Counted from the stretch's first letter, positions 52,741-62,867 are shown. The stretch is DNA of 64,000 nt from an uncultured bacterium (GCA_964456885.1 CAYWDE010000001.1:112-64111), one strand, 5' to 3'. The notes: generated by a model from the sequence alone, not told the origin. Program-made: numbers and translations.

Positions 52741-53073
52741 ATGAAAGTACAAAAACTCATGAGTTCTTTTGTCCTCGTCGCTTTTATAAGTTGTTTTGGC
52801 ACTATGCATGCTGAACAATCTCAAAATTTAGAAGGAATGGTTGCAGCGGGTAAAGATCCTCCTTACGAAAGACATCACTATAAGAGAGAGTGTAGGAATT
52901 TTTCAGAAGAGACAAAAAGATTTTCCGACAAGTTGAATGATTCAAACTTAAAGATATTTTGTGAAGACTTTAATGATGCGCAGCGACAGCAAGCGATGCA
53001 AATAGCAAGTCAAAAGGGTATGAATATGACTCCTGATCAAGCTGTTGAAATGGTCACAGCAAAAAAGAAATAA
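52741..53073 (+). CDS. small exported protein, paralog of 48738-49046
   Basis: Signal peptide ISCFGTMHA, with a shared FC-E-F-D-QR-QAMQ-A block. Confidence 0.6.
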   Translation: MKVQKLMSSFVLVAFISCFGTMHAEQSQNLEGMVAAGKDPPYERHHYKRECRNFSEETKRFSDKLNDSNLKIFCEDFNDAQRQQAMQIASQKGMNMTPDQAVEMVTAKKK

Positions 53074-53115
53074 GCCATCTTGAGATGAAAAGATGATTTT
53101 AATTAGGGCCAAAAC

Positions 53116-55296
53116 ATGAAACATGAATCGGATTGTTGCTCCTCCTCTCATCTCTCTAAAAAAACGAATAACCCTCTCTCTCCCCATTCTCCTGTCGAAT
53201 ATACATGCCCCATGCATCCTCAAATTGTACAACCTAAACCAGGAAGCTGCCCTATTTGTGGAATGGCTTTAGAGTCCAAGGTTTTTACAGCTGAAAAAGA
53301 GGAAAACGTCGAGTTGAAAGAAATGACTCTGCGTTTTTGGGTTGGATTTGTCTTAACGCTACCCATCTTATGGCTGACTATGATAGGACCTCTCTTTTCA
53401 TTCAGCCCATCTCCTCAAGTCAGCTCATGGATTCAAGCAATTCTTGCCACACCGATAGTTCTATGGGGCGGATGGCCTTTTTTTACGCGTGGTTGGAGTT
53501 CTATTATTCATCGCAATTTAAACATGTTTACTTTGATCAGTATTGGCGTAGGGGCTGCTTATTTCTATAGCATGGTTGCTACACTCTGGCCTTCGATCTT
53601 TCCTCCCTCCTTTCAAAGTAAAAATCATGAAATCCCTGTTTACTTTGAAGCGGCTAGCGTGATTACTGTCTTGGTACTTCTAGGACAGGTCTTAGAGCTG
53701 CGAGCGAGAGATAGAACGGGCAATGCAATTCGAACCCTCCTCAACTTAGCTCCCAAGACAGCTCGTGTCCTTTTAGAAGACAAAAGCGAAAAAGATATCC
53801 CGCTTGAGGAAGTTAAAAAGGGAGATATCCTACGTGTAAGACCAGGGGAGAAAGCTCCCACGGATGGAATTATCCTTGAAGGAAGTAGCTCCATCGACGA
53901 ATCGATGATTACGGGAGAACCTTTTCCCGTTACTAAGAGTCCTGGAGACAAAGTGACAGGAGCCACTTTGAATGGGAGTGGTAGTTTTATCATGCGAGTT
54001 GAAAAAGTGGGCAGTGAAACACTGCTTGCCCGGATTGTCCAAATGGTCAGCGAAGCACAGCGTAGTCATGCTCCCATTCAAAAGCTTGCCGATCTTGTCT
54101 CTTCTTATTTTGTTCCTATTGTTGTGATGATCGCTGTGATTACGTTTATCGTTTGGAGTCTCATTGGTCCTTCTCCTGCTTTTGCTCATGCCCTCATCAA
54201 CGCTGTGGCTGTTCTCATCATAGCTTGCCCCTGTGCTTTAGGCTTGGCAACCCCAATGTCCATCATGGTCGGTGTCGGCCATGGTGCGATGGCTGGCATC
54301 TTAATCAAAAATGCAGAAGCTCTTGAGACGATGTCTAAAGTCGATACAGTGGTTGTCGATAAAACGGGAACCTTGACAGAAGGGAAGCCTAAGCTGACAG
54401 CGATTTTAAGCTTGGGAGAAAATAATGAGAATGAGCTCCTCCAATGGGCTGCAAGCTTGGAGATTGCCAGTGAACATCCCTTAGGAGCGCCCATTGTATC
54501 GAGGGGAAAAGAGAAGGGACTACCACTACTGCCTATAGAAGATTTTCAGAGCATCGCAGGGAAGGGGGTTATTGGGAAGATCGCAGGAAAAACAGTCTCA
54601 ATTGGGAATCAAAAACTTCTCTCCGATTTACATGTTGATCTAATGATCGCCTTAGAAAAGGCTGAATCTCTACGTCAGCAAGGACAAACGGTCTTATACC
54701 TGGCAATCGATGGAAAAATAGCAGGGATTTTTGCCGTTTCCGATGTCATCAAAATCTCTACAAAGGAAGCGATTGACCTGTTGCATAAAGATGGCATTCG
54801 GATTGTCATGTTAACAGGAGACAATCAAACAACGGCGAGGGCTGTTGGCAAAGCGCTCCGTATTGACGAGATTGAAGCCGAAGTATTACCCGAGGATAAG
54901 AACAAAATTATCAAGCGTTTTCAAACAGAGGGGAGAATTGTCGCTATGGCGGGCGATGGAATTAATGATGCTCCAGCACTTGCTCAGGCGAATGTGGGCA
55001 TCGCCATGGGCACGGGTACAGACATTGCCATCGAAAGCGCAGGAATTACTCTTGTTAAGGGAGATCTGAGAGGGATTGCAAGAGCAAGAAAATTAAGTTT
55101 GGCTACAATGCGCAATATTAGACAAAACCTGTGGTTTGCTTTTATTTACAACGCTCTAGGAGTTCCTATTGCTGCTGGTGTACTTTATCCGGTATTTGGG
55201 CTTTTACTCAGCCCCATTATTGCAAGTGCAGCAATGACTCTCAGCTCTGTGTCTGTCATTATGAATTCACTGAGATTAAATAGACAAAAATTATGA
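53116..55296 (+). CDS. copA: copper-translocating P1B-type ATPase
   Basis: N-terminal [24 protein letters not shown] metal-binding domain. TGEP, CPC ([12 protein letters not shown]), [15 protein letters not shown]. Confidence 0.93.
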   Translation: MKHESDCCSSSHLSKKTNNPLSPHSPVEYTCPMHPQIVQPKPGSCPICGMALESKVFTAEKEENVELKEMTLRFWVGFVLTLPILWLTMIGPLFSFSPSPQVSSWIQAILATPIVLWGGWPFFTRGWSSIIHRNLNMFTLISIGVGAAYFYSMVATLWPSIFPPSFQSKNHEIPVYFEAASVITVLVLLGQVLELRARDRTGNAIRTLLNLAPKTARVLLEDKSEKDIPLEEVKKGDILRVRPGEKAPTDGIILEGSSSIDESMITGEPFPVTKSPGDKVTGATLNGSGSFIMRVEKVGSETLLARIVQMVSEAQRSHAPIQKLADLVSSYFVPIVVMIAVITFIVWSLIGPSPAFAHALINAVAVLIIACPCALGLATPMSIMVGVGHGAMAGILIKNAEALETMSKVDTVVVDKTGTLTEGKPKLTAILSLGENNENELLQWAASLEIASEHPLGAPIVSRGKEKGLPLLPIEDFQSIAGKGVIGKIAGKTVSIGNQKLLSDLHVDLMIALEKAESLRQQGQTVLYLAIDGKIAGIFAVSDVIKISTKEAIDLLHKDGIRIVMLTGDNQTTARAVGKALRIDEIEAEVLPEDKNKIIKRFQTEGRIVAMAGDGINDAPALAQANVGIAMGTGTDIAIESAGITLVKGDLRGIARARKLSLATMRNIRQNLWFAFIYNALGVPIAAGVLYPVFGLLLSPIIASAAMTLSSVSVIMNSLRLNRQKL

Positions 55297-55341
55297 GAGT
55301 CGGCACCGATAGAATTAATGGCACTCTAAAATAAGGGCATG

Positions 55342-55479
55342 ATGGATTGGACAGTTATTGTTGTGGTTTTTGTTTTAACACTTTGCATGGTTGGATGTTG
55401 TGGTGGCTCATTGATGAAAGGCTTACGCAGAAATAAAGGCAATGGGAAGGACAACGATAAACATACAGGTTGCCATTAG
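55342..55479 (+). CDS. 45-aa single-TM peptide downstream of copA (not in the ORF track)
   Basis: MDWTVIVVVFVLTLCMVGCCGGSLMKGLRRNKGNGKDNDKHTGCH. Cys/His-containing. Weak call. Confidence 0.3.
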   Translation: MDWTVIVVVFVLTLCMVGCCGGSLMKGLRRNKGNGKDNDKHTGCH

Positions 55480-55502
55480 AAATAGTAGGTTCCTCGTAAG
55501 AA

Positions 55503-56039
55503 TCATTCGGTTTCAGTGGGTCCTTTTTCCTTGAATATTTTTAACACCGTTTCTAAGTAAATGTTTCCCGCTATTTTATTGTATTTCTCCCCATTCAAAA
55601 GTACTGTAGTTGGGACTTCTTGGACCCCATATCTCCCATAGGCTTCGGGATCAATACAAATAGGCGCGGTTACTCCAGCATCTCTAAGTTCTTTGATCTT
55701 TTGGGAAAATGCTAGAAACGAATTCCCAGGAAGTCCTCGCAGCACTAATATTCCTCCTGCTTTCTCCAATGATTGAGACCATTCCTTCCAACTTTCTAAT
55801 GGGACCGAAAAAGACATAAATACCAAAAGATTATACCTCGATGGTTGAAAATTTTCGGACACGGATGGACAATTTTTACATTTGGGGGAGTTCTTTGCGG
55901 GCTCCTGCTCATACAAACTCTTAAGAAACAGAAAAGCCTCTTCGTCTGCCTGCTTCCCCGCCTGTTCAGCAAATTGCTTTGCCTCCTCAGAAATAGAGAG
56001 AGTCAAAATCAATAAAAGAGACGGGACGAGCCAACTCAT
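55503..56039 (-). CDS. trbC: F-type TrbC (pilin assembly)
   Basis: LLVFMSFSVPLESWKEWSQSLEKAGGILVLRGLPGNSF and ICIDPEAYGRYGVQEVPTTVL match the TrbC pattern. Confidence 0.85.
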   Translation of the reverse strand: MSWLVPSLLLILTLSISEEAKQFAEQAGKQADEEAFLFLKSLYEQEPAKNSPKCKNCPSVSENFQPSRYNLLVFMSFSVPLESWKEWSQSLEKAGGILVLRGLPGNSFLAFSQKIKELRDAGVTAPICIDPEAYGRYGVQEVPTTVLLNGEKYNKIAGNIYLETVLKIFKEKGPTETE

Positions 56040-56665
56040 GATGCTTTTTCTCTTTCTGGCAGAGCGAACTCTTCGACAAGAAGATATCCTTCTTTTTGAA
56101 CGACCTTGGCAGGAATATGGGTAATCTTAAAGCGGGAAGTATAGACCCCATTTTGATCGAAATAAATCGGGCATTTTTCTCTTTCCTCAATTTCGATCGG
56201 CTTACCACGGGTCAGGATCCACTTAAAATGCCCAGTTTGTTTGCGAGCCCATGCAAGATGTGATTCTTTGCTCCCATCAAGAAAAAGGAGGGCACTGGAC
56301 AGTTTTATTTGCTTTAGAGGGTTAATGATAGTCCCCGCTTTGGCTATGACTGTCCCTGCTGTATCCTGTATGTCTTTTTCGACCTTGAATGAAAGATCCA
56401 CAAGGAAGGTGCGAGATTTCTTAGCCACTTGTACTTTTTCGACTGGCGTAGGAGTTTTTGCTTGTTCCATTAGGCTTTCTTTAGCTTGGGAAATCTTCTG
56501 ATTTAAATCCTTGCCAGCAAGACTTCGCTGAAGGAACAGTAAAAAGCTCTCTTCTTCTATCGGGAAAACTTGTCCCATCTTCCCTAGATCTTTGCCAAAA
56601 ATCGGAGTACAGTACCCAACAACCATCAAAAAGATAATCAGCTTGCGCGGCATCCATTTGCTCAT
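56036..56665 (-). CDS. traW: F-type TraW
   Basis: KDLGKMGQVFPIEEESFL and IYFDQNGVYTSRFKITHIPAKV parallel F TraW. Confidence 0.88.
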   Translation of the reverse strand: MSKWMPRKLIIFLMVVGYCTPIFGKDLGKMGQVFPIEEESFLLFLQRSLAGKDLNQKISQAKESLMEQAKTPTPVEKVQVAKKSRTFLVDLSFKVEKDIQDTAGTVIAKAGTIINPLKQIKLSSALLFLDGSKESHLAWARKQTGHFKWILTRGKPIEIEEREKCPIYFDQNGVYTSRFKITHIPAKVVQKEGYLLVEEFALPEREKAS

Positions 56666-56673
56666 GCGGCTCT

Positions 56674-59292
56674 CTATACTCCTTTAGCTGTTTTCCTATT
56701 TAGATTATCTGTCTTTAAGAGCGCGTTGATAGTGTCTCTAATTTTTTGCCCGTTGCTTAAGCGATGCTTAAATTCTTCCTTATGCGTTAGGAGCCAATCC
56801 AGGGCGGTTTCAATGGAAAGGCCGTGTCTTTTCAGCTCTTGAACAGCTTGGAATTCAGCGGGTTTAGTGGAATAGAGAGCCGCAGAGAACGGATCTAACT
56901 TGAGCTGATTGACAGAGAAGAAGCCAGAGCCTTTGTGATAAATGAACACTTCGGAATACTTTCCCTCCTCCATTCGAAGGGAGGAAAGAGCCATTTCCTT
57001 TAACTCGTTCATGGGGATGAGATTTTCTTTCTTTAGGGTATTCATCGAATCGCTGTCTTTGCCGAGCATCAAAAGCCAGCTGGAATTTTGAAAAGCAGCC
57101 CGAGCTCCGTGCGACCTCTCAAAATCTTTTAAGCTTTGCGTTCCAACGACTAGGGCCCCATTGTATTTTCTTAGTCTTCGAGCCAAACTTTCAATAAACC
57201 CTTCCATTTGAGGGCTTTTGAGCAGGTCCCAAGCTTCATCAATGCAGATCATGCACCTCTTATTTCTATCGCTCATGAAAATTTGATTTGAAATTGTAAG
57301 GGTGAAAATCTGCAAGATGACTGATTGCAGATCGCCCATGTTCTTCAGCTCCTCTGTCTCAATGACAACAAGGTCATTTTGAAAATCAACAGGGTTTGAT
57401 CCATAAAAATAGTTAGCGTAAGTTCCTTGCCGCGTGAATTTTTTTAGCCCTTCTTGAAGGCTTTCCGCAGCCCCAATCATCAATTCTGAGCGGAAGGTCG
57501 TGCTCCTGATCAAATCAATGACATCATCGATTGTTGCCTTCTCCCCTTTTCTCTCCCATGTAGTTTTTACAAGGGCACTGAGGATATCCGCCCGCTCTTT
57601 GTCAATCTTCTGGGCAGGCATAGCCATTGTCGCAACAATGGATGAAACCATCTCAAGCGCGGCATTTTGCGCTTCGATGTCTCCTTTGGTTTTGATAAAA
57701 CTGAATGGGTTGAGGTTGAATTGGCTTTTTTCGGAGAAAGCTAGATACTGGCCTCCTAGAAGATGGCAGAGTTTCTCAAAGCTTCGGCCCAAATCCAAGA
57801 CAAAGACCCTTCCCCCCTGTCCAAGCTGGCTCATGATCATTTCTTGCATAAAAACCGACTTTCCGGAACCGGATGGGCCTACGACGACGGTGTTGAGGTT
57901 GCCTTCAACCGCAAACGGATCCCATGTCGACAGTTGGCCTCTTCTGCCGGTTAGGATCATTCCTTGATTGGAATTGCCCCACCACTCGCCTACACAAGGG
58001 ATAAAACTGCCTGTCTCCTTCGTAAGGGTGGTTCTCATGCACCGGATCCGTTTCAACCCTTTGACATAAGCAGACTCTTCCCCCCACGCCATCGGCAGAG
58101 ACGACAGAAAATCGGGAAGATGGAGATAATGATTCTCTTTCAGCCGAAATCCGTATTTTTGAAAAAGCGCCATCAGGGTAGATTCCGACTTCACAAAACG
58201 GCTCTTTTCAGCCCATAATCCGCAGCTCAATCGAGTCTCTACAAACATTTCTCCTTCGAGAAGTTGCTTCTGAACAAAAAAGTTTTCCTCTCGCTCTCTT
58301 GGCATATTGGGAAACATCCGGACCAAAGCAGGGAATTTAGCTTGGTGCTCTAAAATCTTAGCCTTGCCCTGAAACTTTGTTTCAGTCTTTTGCTGCGAGG
58401 GGAAGTGAATGCCGTAGTGGAGATAAAACGGCGATGAAATCCTATACGATTGATTTAAAAAATCGCCGATCATCTCTCCCATGTACCCAAGGCTCCAGCG
58501 ATCTGGAAAATCCACAGCTTCATAGGTCCGCATCATTGCATCAGAGTGCGATCCATGAAAAATAAGACTTTCTTTTCTCACTTCAAGAGCAGAACCTGGC
58601 GCGCCGATCTGTCTTGAGATCCAAGTATTTTTGTTCCAGGAGCGCCTTGTTTGAATAGAAGGATCCTGATCGAAATTAACAATCCCCGACAACCATTCAA
58701 TCAGTTGGGAAGGCTCTATTTCAAACGATTGGCTAAAGCGGGAGAACGTTTCTAGAACTTTCTTCTTTTTCTCCACTAAGCTATCTAGAAAAAAAGGGAT
58801 GTTTTTCTCAGCTGGCTTCGGCTGACTGTACGAGAAAACAAAACGGAAGATTCGAGGAGGCACATCTCCATGAAGGGATTCTTCTTTAAAGAACGCTTGC
58901 TTCTTGTCTGCGATTTTCTTGAAAATCCCTCCTTGCTGCTGTCTTGGCTGAGCCCAAAGATCCAAAAAGCGACTCGTCCGGTAATCGGCGAACATACAGG
59001 TTTGAATATCAGCGCCCTCTTCCCCTATCTCCCGAATTAAAGAGCTTAATTCCTTCTGCGCCTCTTCAGAGCCTCCAAGGATCGGGATCGCCTCAATGAC
59101 GAATCCAAAACTCGTCTTGTTCTCGTAAATCTTTCTCTCCGAATCATAAAGCCTATAAGGGAGGATATCAGCGAAATAATCGGGATCCAGAAAGTCTGAA
59201 ACGATCTCTTTTTCTCCAGCAAGCTGGTCAATATCTGTGCTTTCTCCAAAGAAGTCAGCGATCTTTTGTCCGATTTGGCTGAAAAAAGTCAT
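56674..59292 (-). CDS. traC: F-type TraC (VirB4-family ATPase)
   Basis: 872 aa. Walker A VVGPSGSGKSVF, Walker B MICIDEAWDL. Confidence 0.93.
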   Translation of the reverse strand: MTFFSQIGQKIADFFGESTDIDQLAGEKEIVSDFLDPDYFADILPYRLYDSERKIYENKTSFGFVIEAIPILGGSEEAQKELSSLIREIGEEGADIQTCMFADYRTSRFLDLWAQPRQQQGGIFKKIADKKQAFFKEESLHGDVPPRIFRFVFSYSQPKPAEKNIPFFLDSLVEKKKKVLETFSRFSQSFEIEPSQLIEWLSGIVNFDQDPSIQTRRSWNKNTWISRQIGAPGSALEVRKESLIFHGSHSDAMMRTYEAVDFPDRWSLGYMGEMIGDFLNQSYRISSPFYLHYGIHFPSQQKTETKFQGKAKILEHQAKFPALVRMFPNMPREREENFFVQKQLLEGEMFVETRLSCGLWAEKSRFVKSESTLMALFQKYGFRLKENHYLHLPDFLSSLPMAWGEESAYVKGLKRIRCMRTTLTKETGSFIPCVGEWWGNSNQGMILTGRRGQLSTWDPFAVEGNLNTVVVGPSGSGKSVFMQEMIMSQLGQGGRVFVLDLGRSFEKLCHLLGGQYLAFSEKSQFNLNPFSFIKTKGDIEAQNAALEMVSSIVATMAMPAQKIDKERADILSALVKTTWERKGEKATIDDVIDLIRSTTFRSELMIGAAESLQEGLKKFTRQGTYANYFYGSNPVDFQNDLVVIETEELKNMGDLQSVILQIFTLTISNQIFMSDRNKRCMICIDEAWDLLKSPQMEGFIESLARRLRKYNGALVVGTQSLKDFERSHGARAAFQNSSWLLMLGKDSDSMNTLKKENLIPMNELKEMALSSLRMEEGKYSEVFIYHKGSGFFSVNQLKLDPFSAALYSTKPAEFQAVQELKRHGLSIETALDWLLTHKEEFKHRLSNGQKIRDTINALLKTDNLNRKTAKGV

Positions 59293-59567
59293 TGATCCTC
59301 CATGAAGATAAGAGTTCCAGAATCCTCTTTGACAAGACGCAACTTTTTCCTATGTTGGGAAGTAAATTCTTGTTCCTGTTCTCTTAAAAGGAGCGCAGTT
59401 CCAAGATCTGCAATGAAAAAATCCTCTCCATCCTCTCTTTCAACGATCATGTCGAGAACTTCATTGACTGGCGCACAGCCAATCCCCTTTCCTGGAGGAC
59501 AGTCGAAATGGGTATTATAGACGCCGCATGAAGTCAGGCTTAAGCAAACAGCAAATAGATATTTCAT
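59289..59567 (-). CDS. traV: F-type TraV lipoprotein
   Basis: Lipobox SLTSC. FDCPPGKGIGCAPVNEV motif. Confidence 0.85.
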   Translation of the reverse strand: MKYLFAVCLSLTSCGVYNTHFDCPPGKGIGCAPVNEVLDMIVEREDGEDFFIADLGTALLLREQEQEFTSQHRKKLRLVKEDSGTLIFMEDQ

Positions 59568-60154
59568 GAGGCCTTCCTCCTTAGGAATAAGATTTCCCGC
59601 TCTAAAAATACCCGGGACGGATACTCGTCTTGGATTTCTCCATTTATTTCGACAATTGGGATTGTTTTAACTACATCCTCTTGCTTAAGAAATAAAAATG
59701 CGTCCTTAAAAGCTGCCGTTTTCTCTAAGAAATCCATCTCAGCTAGCTTAGGCAGAGGATACCCAAGTACTTCCATAGCAGCCTGCATGATGATGCAGCC
59801 ATGTTTGTGCTTTTTCTCGCGAATATGCTTGAGCACCGTCTCAAAAAAGAGAGGTTTTTGACGGTCCTCAAGATGGCCCAGACAAACCATTGCTTGAAGC
59901 GTCAGAAGATCAGCAGGATCAGGGTGGAAAACCCAAAAAACCTCACCTGTATCGATGTATTTATCCTTAATAGGTCTAAAATCTTCCTCAAAGAAGTCAA
60001 AGCACTTGGTGCAGCTCATGGAAAAATACTCCACAATTTTGATATGGGCATTGGGATTGCCATAAGTAATTTGGTATTTGGAATCTAATTTTTCGAAGGC
60101 CCAGGCGGTGCATACGCCAAAAGAACATAAACAGGCCAATAAAACCTTATCCAT
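59564..60154 (-). CDS. thioredoxin-fold thiol:disulfide oxidoreductase (DsbA family; positional analogue of F TrbB)
   Basis: Signal peptide. IVEYFSMSCTKCFDFF active-site CxxC. Confidence 0.8.
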   Translation of the reverse strand: MDKVLLACLCSFGVCTAWAFEKLDSKYQITYGNPNAHIKIVEYFSMSCTKCFDFFEEDFRPIKDKYIDTGEVFWVFHPDPADLLTLQAMVCLGHLEDRQKPLFFETVLKHIREKKHKHGCIIMQAAMEVLGYPLPKLAEMDFLEKTAAFKDAFLFLKQEDVVKTIPIVEINGEIQDEYPSRVFLEREILFLRRKAS

Positions 60155-61382
60155 TTTTCAGGCTCCTTTCCCGATCAAATTTCTTTTTCAGATCTTTTTC
60201 CCCGATCTTTACAGTCTTGGTAAAAACAATATCTACAACCCTCCCGGCAGCGATTTGAATGGCTGGCTGAAGCTGTTCCGATTTTTTAATGTAGTATTCC
60301 GCGAGCTTATTCAGCGCAGCGCTACCTCCTACAAAGCCGCTATTGCGCAGCATATCGATATTTAAAATGGTCTTATCTGAGTTCGTTTGGGCTAACTTCT
60401 CAATTGTCTGATTATTGAGGGTGCCTTGAAGCGTCTGTCCAATGCCCTGTAAAATAGCAGCAAAGGCTACCCGAGAGATGATTTGTCCAGATCGATCGAC
60501 TACAACTCCCCGCAATCCTTCCCGGCCATCCTCTCCAGAGACATAAGCGCTCACCTCTGTCTCTATGAAAGAACCGTTCCGCTCTACTAATGTCATCCGC
60601 TCAGCCCGAACATAGACCCGCTCACTGGAGATATCCCCAATCGCATTCCCAATGATAATGCTCCCCTTCAAAGGAACTCTCACCTTTCTTGGGAGCTTTC
60701 CGTTATCGAGCGGCCGCAGCAGAATCATATTTGGCCCTGTAGGCTTTTGAACAGCAACGCTGCAATCCGCTCCAGAAACAAGTATCGCCTTCACGACAGT
60801 TCCTGCTGGGATCTCGAATAAAACGTTCTTATCCTCTTTTTTATCGGCAATCTCCCAAATCTTTAGAGGAGGCTCATGGCCTTCAATCCCGTCAATAGGA
60901 ATGCCTTGGTCAATCTGCGGCGGCTGGAAGCTTTTGGTGTTAAGATCCTCTTCAAGAATCTTGATTTTTTCTCTCAACTCTCCGGTTTCTTGAGCCAGAG
61001 TGTCCTTTTCCCCCTCAATCAGCGACTTTTCTTCCCTAAGGTTCAAAACAGATTTTTCGAGAGACTGCATCCGGTCACTTAAGACATCGCTAAAATTTTC
61101 TAAAGTCGATAGGCGGATATCCTCTGGCTTGATTTCCTTGGAGATTGTGTCAAAGGAGTTGGATTTTAAGATATTTTTAGGGGCAGCTTGCTTATCTGCT
61201 TTGTTCAAAAATAGGATCACAACTACTCCAACTAAAATAAGTCCAAAAACAATAAGCCCATAGAGTCTTTTCTGCTTGGCGGCAATCTTGTCTGACGTCT
61301 TTTGTGGTTCCACATTAATTCCTATCTTTCGGGTATGCAATAATGCAGAGAGCTTCTTGCTTGGGGCCCAGTTCTTGGACAT
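60147..61382 (-). CDS. traB: F-type TraB (VirB10-like)
   Basis: N-terminal TM, coiled coil, and C-terminal VKAILVSGADCSV...IIIGNAIGDISSERVYVRAERM. An alternative GTG start lies at 61313. Confidence 0.88.
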   Translation of the reverse strand: MSKNWAPSKKLSALLHTRKIGINVEPQKTSDKIAAKQKRLYGLIVFGLILVGVVVILFLNKADKQAAPKNILKSNSFDTISKEIKPEDIRLSTLENFSDVLSDRMQSLEKSVLNLREEKSLIEGEKDTLAQETGELREKIKILEEDLNTKSFQPPQIDQGIPIDGIEGHEPPLKIWEIADKKEDKNVLFEIPAGTVVKAILVSGADCSVAVQKPTGPNMILLRPLDNGKLPRKVRVPLKGSIIIGNAIGDISSERVYVRAERMTLVERNGSFIETEVSAYVSGEDGREGLRGVVVDRSGQIISRVAFAAILQGIGQTLQGTLNNQTIEKLAQTNSDKTILNIDMLRNSGFVGGSAALNKLAEYYIKKSEQLQPAIQIAAGRVVDIVFTKTVKIGEKDLKKKFDRERSLKNG

Positions 61383-62010
61383 TTAAAAAGACCCAAGAAT
61401 GGTTTTCTTTTTTCAATGAGTCGGCAGTAATTACAACTGCCTGTTTGCTGTCATTTTTGATCTTGTAAACGAGCAACGTATCAAGAGGCCCTTCGAAAGC
61501 TTTCATCGTCTCCGCCTTCAGCGGCATGGGCAAATCCAAAGCTTTTTCATCCGCAACAGGCTTTTGTCCATAGCCAAAAGGTATTTTCCCCTCTAAAATC
61601 TTGTTCAGCATCTCGACAGTTGCCGCTCCTTGAAACATCTCCACATCGATTACATTCCCGTCCCATTCATCCATCTCTTTCAAAATCACTTGTTCCGATG
61701 GACAGTCCAATGAAGAAACCGATAAGTCCTGGACAAATCCCGAACTCGTCACAACAGTTAGGGTAATCGGTTTGGGAACGTCTTGTAGCATGTTGATGAA
61801 TGCGTTTCCTGTCCCCGCATCCAAAGTTACAGAAAAAATTGATCCATCCCCTATGATTTTCTCTACAGCTCCGCCTTCGATACAGATACGGTTATGCGAG
61901 GTCCTCGAAAACGTAACTGGAATAGGAATCTTCTCATCGATCCTTCTTTCAATGACGGCCTCCATAGAGCCAAACGCTAAAACGGGCAAGAGAAGAAATG
62001 CTTTATTCAT
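61315..62010 (-). CDS. traK: F-type TraK (secretin-like)
   Basis: Start MNKAFLLLPVLAFG at 62010 (TAATG overlap with traE). RICIEGGAVEKIIGDG...FINMLQD...ITLTVVTSSG. Confidence 0.85.
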   Translation of the reverse strand: MNKAFLLLPVLAFGSMEAVIERRIDEKIPIPVTFSRTSHNRICIEGGAVEKIIGDGSIFSVTLDAGTGNAFINMLQDVPKPITLTVVTSSGFVQDLSVSSLDCPSEQVILKEMDEWDGNVIDVEMFQGAATVEMLNKILEGKIPFGYGQKPVADEKALDLPMPLKAETMKAFEGPLDTLLVYKIKNDSKQAVVITADSLKKENHSWVFLNVQELGPKQEALCIIAYPKDRN

Positions 62011-62573
62011 TAAATTGGCTCCTTCTTGAGCGATGTGAGTTGCAACTTTCCATTTTGGCAATGGAATTGGAGGCTGAATTTCTTGCGTTCTTTTTGTGCA
62101 CAGAAAGGGGCCTCGCCCCCTTTGCCTACTAAAACAAGAAATTCTCCCTCTACTACGAACGTTTCCTTGTCCATATCGACATAGCTTCGCTCTGTGCGGA
62201 AAAAGAAAGATTGCTGCCCTTTCAATAGGCTCTCCTTCTCCTGGGTTAGAATTTTTCGAATTTCCTGGTAAAAAGCTGGGTGGACATATTCCAAAATAAT
62301 CTGATTTTTTCTCTCTACATCGGACGGAGTCCGATTGAGCAAAAGATCAGATAAGAAAAGGCCCATTTTTTCTAAATACCCGCTGGAAACTCGTTTATCT
62401 TCCATCCAGAAAGAGGTTCCTGCTGTAGGAACAATCACTATCCTTTCGTTTTTGAAAAACAACAGAACAGAAAGAAGCACAATCGCAAATGACAAAATTG
62501 CCGAGAAAAATAAAAAGCAGTTCCGTTGAGCAACCAGTTTTGCTGTGCTCTTTTTTAATATTGAATTATCCAT
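62010..62573 (-). CDS. traE: F-type TraE
   Basis: 187 aa, single N-terminal TM, ERIVIVP motif; size and order as in F. Confidence 0.85.
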   Translation of the reverse strand: MDNSILKKSTAKLVAQRNCFLFFSAILSFAIVLLSVLLFFKNERIVIVPTAGTSFWMEDKRVSSGYLEKMGLFLSDLLLNRTPSDVERKNQIILEYVHPAFYQEIRKILTQEKESLLKGQQSFFFRTERSYVDMDKETFVVEGEFLVLVGKGGEAPFCAQKERKKFSLQFHCQNGKLQLTSLKKEPI

Positions 62574-62576
62574 GCT

Positions 62577-62867
62577 CTACTTCACCCAGAGCTGTTTATT
62601 GGAAGGAGGCAGATTCACCCTAAGCAAACGGTTGAATCGCCTTGTTGGAATAGACCAATACAAAAAGCGAATCCCATGAAATTTTGGGAACCGCTTAAGC
62701 ATTCTTTTCACCAAAAATACGGAAGCGATCCCGATTACAGGGACGACAAACAAGCTATCAAACAATGAACCGATAAAAAAAGGAGTCAAATACCCAATCA
62801 AATCAGCCACTGAAAAAGATAAGATTCTCACTGGTTCGTCTAAGTGCTTTAGGATCGCATTGCTCAT
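62577..62867 (-). CDS. traL: F-type TraL
   Basis: 96 aa. C-terminus ...NKQLWVK parallels F TraL ...FRQWIK. One TM. Confidence 0.85.
   Translation of the reverse strand: MSNAILKHLDEPVRILSFSVADLIGYLTPFFIGSLFDSLFVVPVIGIASVFLVKRMLKRFPKFHGIRFLYWSIPTRRFNRLLRVNLPPSNKQLWVK

Noticed and set aside
53337-55069. Several 74-119-aa ORFs inside or antisense to copA
   Set aside because: They are nested within a 726-codon frame carrying all P-type ATPase signatures.
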